Below, one piece after another: positions 26,062 to 27,700 of a DNA stretch of 27,700 nt (position 1 is the first letter of the stretch; each line of letters opens with the position of its first letter). The notes beneath the pieces are model-generated. The model had not been told where the DNA came from and ran no database searches. It worked only from the letters and a program-made list of their open reading frames with translations. Origin of the DNA: an uncultured Candidatus Ruthturnera sp. GTDB taxonomy: Bacteria > Pseudomonadota > Gammaproteobacteria > PS1 > Pseudothioglobaceae. A program made the translations under genes and the position numbers. The stretch lies in assembly GCA_964556635.1 (NCBI GenBank), contig CAZKWW010000001.1, forward strand, positions 1-27,700, read 5' to 3'.

Positions 26062-27700
26062 TTATTTTTTTCTCAGTCTTGCTGCATTGGCAATCACAAT
26101 GATTGAACTAATTGGCATTACAATCGCGGCGAATAATGGGGTAACCTTGGCCATCATTGCTAATGGCACCATAAACGCGTTATAAGACAAAGCAAAAACA
26201 ACGTTTTGCTTAATGGTTACTTGTGTGCGTTTTGAGAGTTTAATCGCTTCAACAATAGGCCTAAGCGTTGTTTTTAAAACCACCACATCAGCACTATCGA
26301 CTGACACATCAGCACCAGAGCCAATCGCAATACTCACGTCTGCTTGCGTGAGCGCTGGCGCATCGTTAATACCATCGCCCACCATCAATACCAAACCATC
26401 TTGTTGCAAGTTTTGGATATGCTGGGCTTTGTCACTTGGCAATACGCCTGCAACTACTCGTTCAATGCCTATTTTTTTGGCCACTGACGTTGCAACTTGG
26501 TTGCTATCACCACTGAGCATGGTGATGGTCTTCCCTAGTTTTTTCAACTGAGCAATAACTGCTTTTGCATCTTCTTTGATAGGGTCACTTAGTGTTATAA
26601 AGCCCAAAATTTCTTGCTCATCTGCACACCAAACACAGCTGTGACCCTGCTGCTCTAAGGTGTTGGCTTGTTCAAGCAATTCTTGATGATCACGATCTGA
26701 CAAATAACGCAAACTGCCTACCCAATAACGCTTGCCATCAACAATAGCAGATACACCTAAGCCCGGTGAAGTCTCAAATTCACTGGCAGTTTTATCAATG
26801 CCCAGCTCAGCACAATGGTTAACAATAGCTCTGGCCAAAGGATGTTCAGAATGTTTTTCAATGGCGCTCATAATACCCAGCAATGTATTGTGCTCCATCT
26901 CGCTGACAACCCTACCCACCTTTGGCGTACCTAAAGTTAAAGTGCCAGTTTTGTCAAATACAACATGTTCTGCTTTGCTTAGCACTTCGAGCGCATCGCC
27001 GTTTTTAATAAGGATATTACGTTTTGCCGCTGCACCACTAGCAACAGCAATACTCATCGGTGTAGCTAGACCAAACGCACAAGGGCAAGTAATAATAAGC
27101 ACACTCGTGGCACTAAGCAATGCCAAATCAAAATCAGTTGGCGACCAATAAATAAATGTCGCACTTGCTAATAACAATGTCGTCCAGACAAAATAGGGAA
27201 TGATGCGATCAATCGTGCACACAAGTCGGCTTTTATTGGCGCGCGTATTCTCTACCAAGTCAAGAATCTGCGCAAGTGTTGAGCGTTTACTCAATTGTGT
27301 TACTTCAACTTCAAAACTACCATTAATATTAAGTGTGCCAGCAAATACATCATCATCCTTGTGTTTACTCACTGGCAACGATTCTCCACTAAGCAAAGAT
27401 TCATCAATCTCACCAGTGCCCAAACGCACTACACCGTCAACCGCAATACGCTCCCCTGGTTTGATAACAACAACATCGCCAATCTCAATAGCGCTAATCG
27501 GTTTAATGAATTCGCCATCTGCTGTTTTTACTAGCGCGATTTTTGGTTGTAATTGTTGTAGACTGGTAGAAGCTGATAAAGCTGATTTTTTGCTCGATGA
27601 CTCTAAGTACCGACCAATCAAAATCACAAAAATAAAATTAACCACCGTATCAAAATACACCTCGCCTTTGCTAGAAAACCCAAGCAGCACATAAGTCGAA
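26062..27700 (-). CDS. P1B-type heavy-metal ATPase, CcoI/FixI-like Cu transporter (5'-partial)
   Basis: YFD..IGRYLE, GES, CPC in TM, DKTGTLT, SEHPLA, GDGINDAPAL, YN...MPISS. The frame has no upstream stop and runs off the window end. Confidence 0.9.
   Translation of the reverse strand, partial: STYVLLGFSSKGEVYFDTVVNFIFVILIGRYLESSSKKSALSASTSLQQLQPKIALVKTADGEFIKPISAIEIGDVVVIKPGERIAVDGVVRLGTGEIDESLLSGESLPVSKHKDDDVFAGTLNINGSFEVEVTQLSKRSTLAQILDLVENTRANKSRLVCTIDRIIPYFVWTTLLLASATFIYWSPTDFDLALLSATSVLIITCPCAFGLATPMSIAVASGAAAKRNILIKNGDALEVLSKAEHVVFDKTGTLTLGTPKVGRVVSEMEHNTLLGIMSAIEKHSEHPLARAIVNHCAELGIDKTASEFETSPGLGVSAIVDGKRYWVGSLRYLSDRDHQELLEQANTLEQQGHSCVWCADEQEILGFITLSDPIKEDAKAVIAQLKKLGKTITMLSGDSNQVATSVAKKIGIERVVAGVLPSDKAQHIQNLQQDGLVLMVGDGINDAPALTQADVSIAIGSGADVSVDSADVVVLKTTLRPIVEAIKLSKRTQVTIKQNVVFALSYNAFMVPLAMMAKVTPLFAAIVMPISSIIVIANAARLRKK

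Noticed and set aside
1066-27694. Many 60-165 aa ORFs in the track (e.g. 1066-1314, 2488-2958, 3682-3990, 15194-15562, 20285-20536, 26732-27151, 27200-27694)
   Set aside because: They lie antisense to, or out of frame within, well-supported genes, show no recognisable motifs and have Ser/Thr/Pro-rich shadow composition.
1-27700. CRISPR array, tRNA genes, IS/integrase, in-frame recoding or pseudogenes
   Set aside because: No regularly spaced repeats, cloverleaf or recombinase motifs were seen; all core ORFs look full length and uninterrupted.

Overview
Mostly housekeeping chromosome of a low-GC gammaproteobacterium. Gene content and protein sequences suggest the SUP05/Thioglobaceae sulfur-oxidiser clade (inference from recognition, no search run). 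Left to right: the 5' end, leader and promoter of an rRNA operon (-); a tightly packed minus-strand operon gshA-mnmE-histidine kinase-NarL-type regulator-four-helix-bundle protein-rhodanese; a MutT/TMP-synthase fusion, comF, yaaA; a gltB with no gltD; a small lipoprotein, folA, Maf/yceF, mfd; an accessory block of two standalone MASE1-like membrane proteins and two ~95-aa winged-helix proteins, followed by a 300-bp intergenic region and hupB; then adenosine kinase, ispH, fkpB, accD, trpA, hemE, rpmE and a partial P1B-type ATPase. The three most interesting signals: (1) the MASE1x2 / wHTHx2 block; (2) its upstream region, which has a (TA)n tract inside a 17-bp sigma70 spacer and two repeated hairpins whose loops copy the 16S 3' tail (CUCCUUA); (3) a four-helix-bundle gene flanked by inverted arrays of five heptamers. 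No CRISPR array, tRNA, transposase or integrase was seen.
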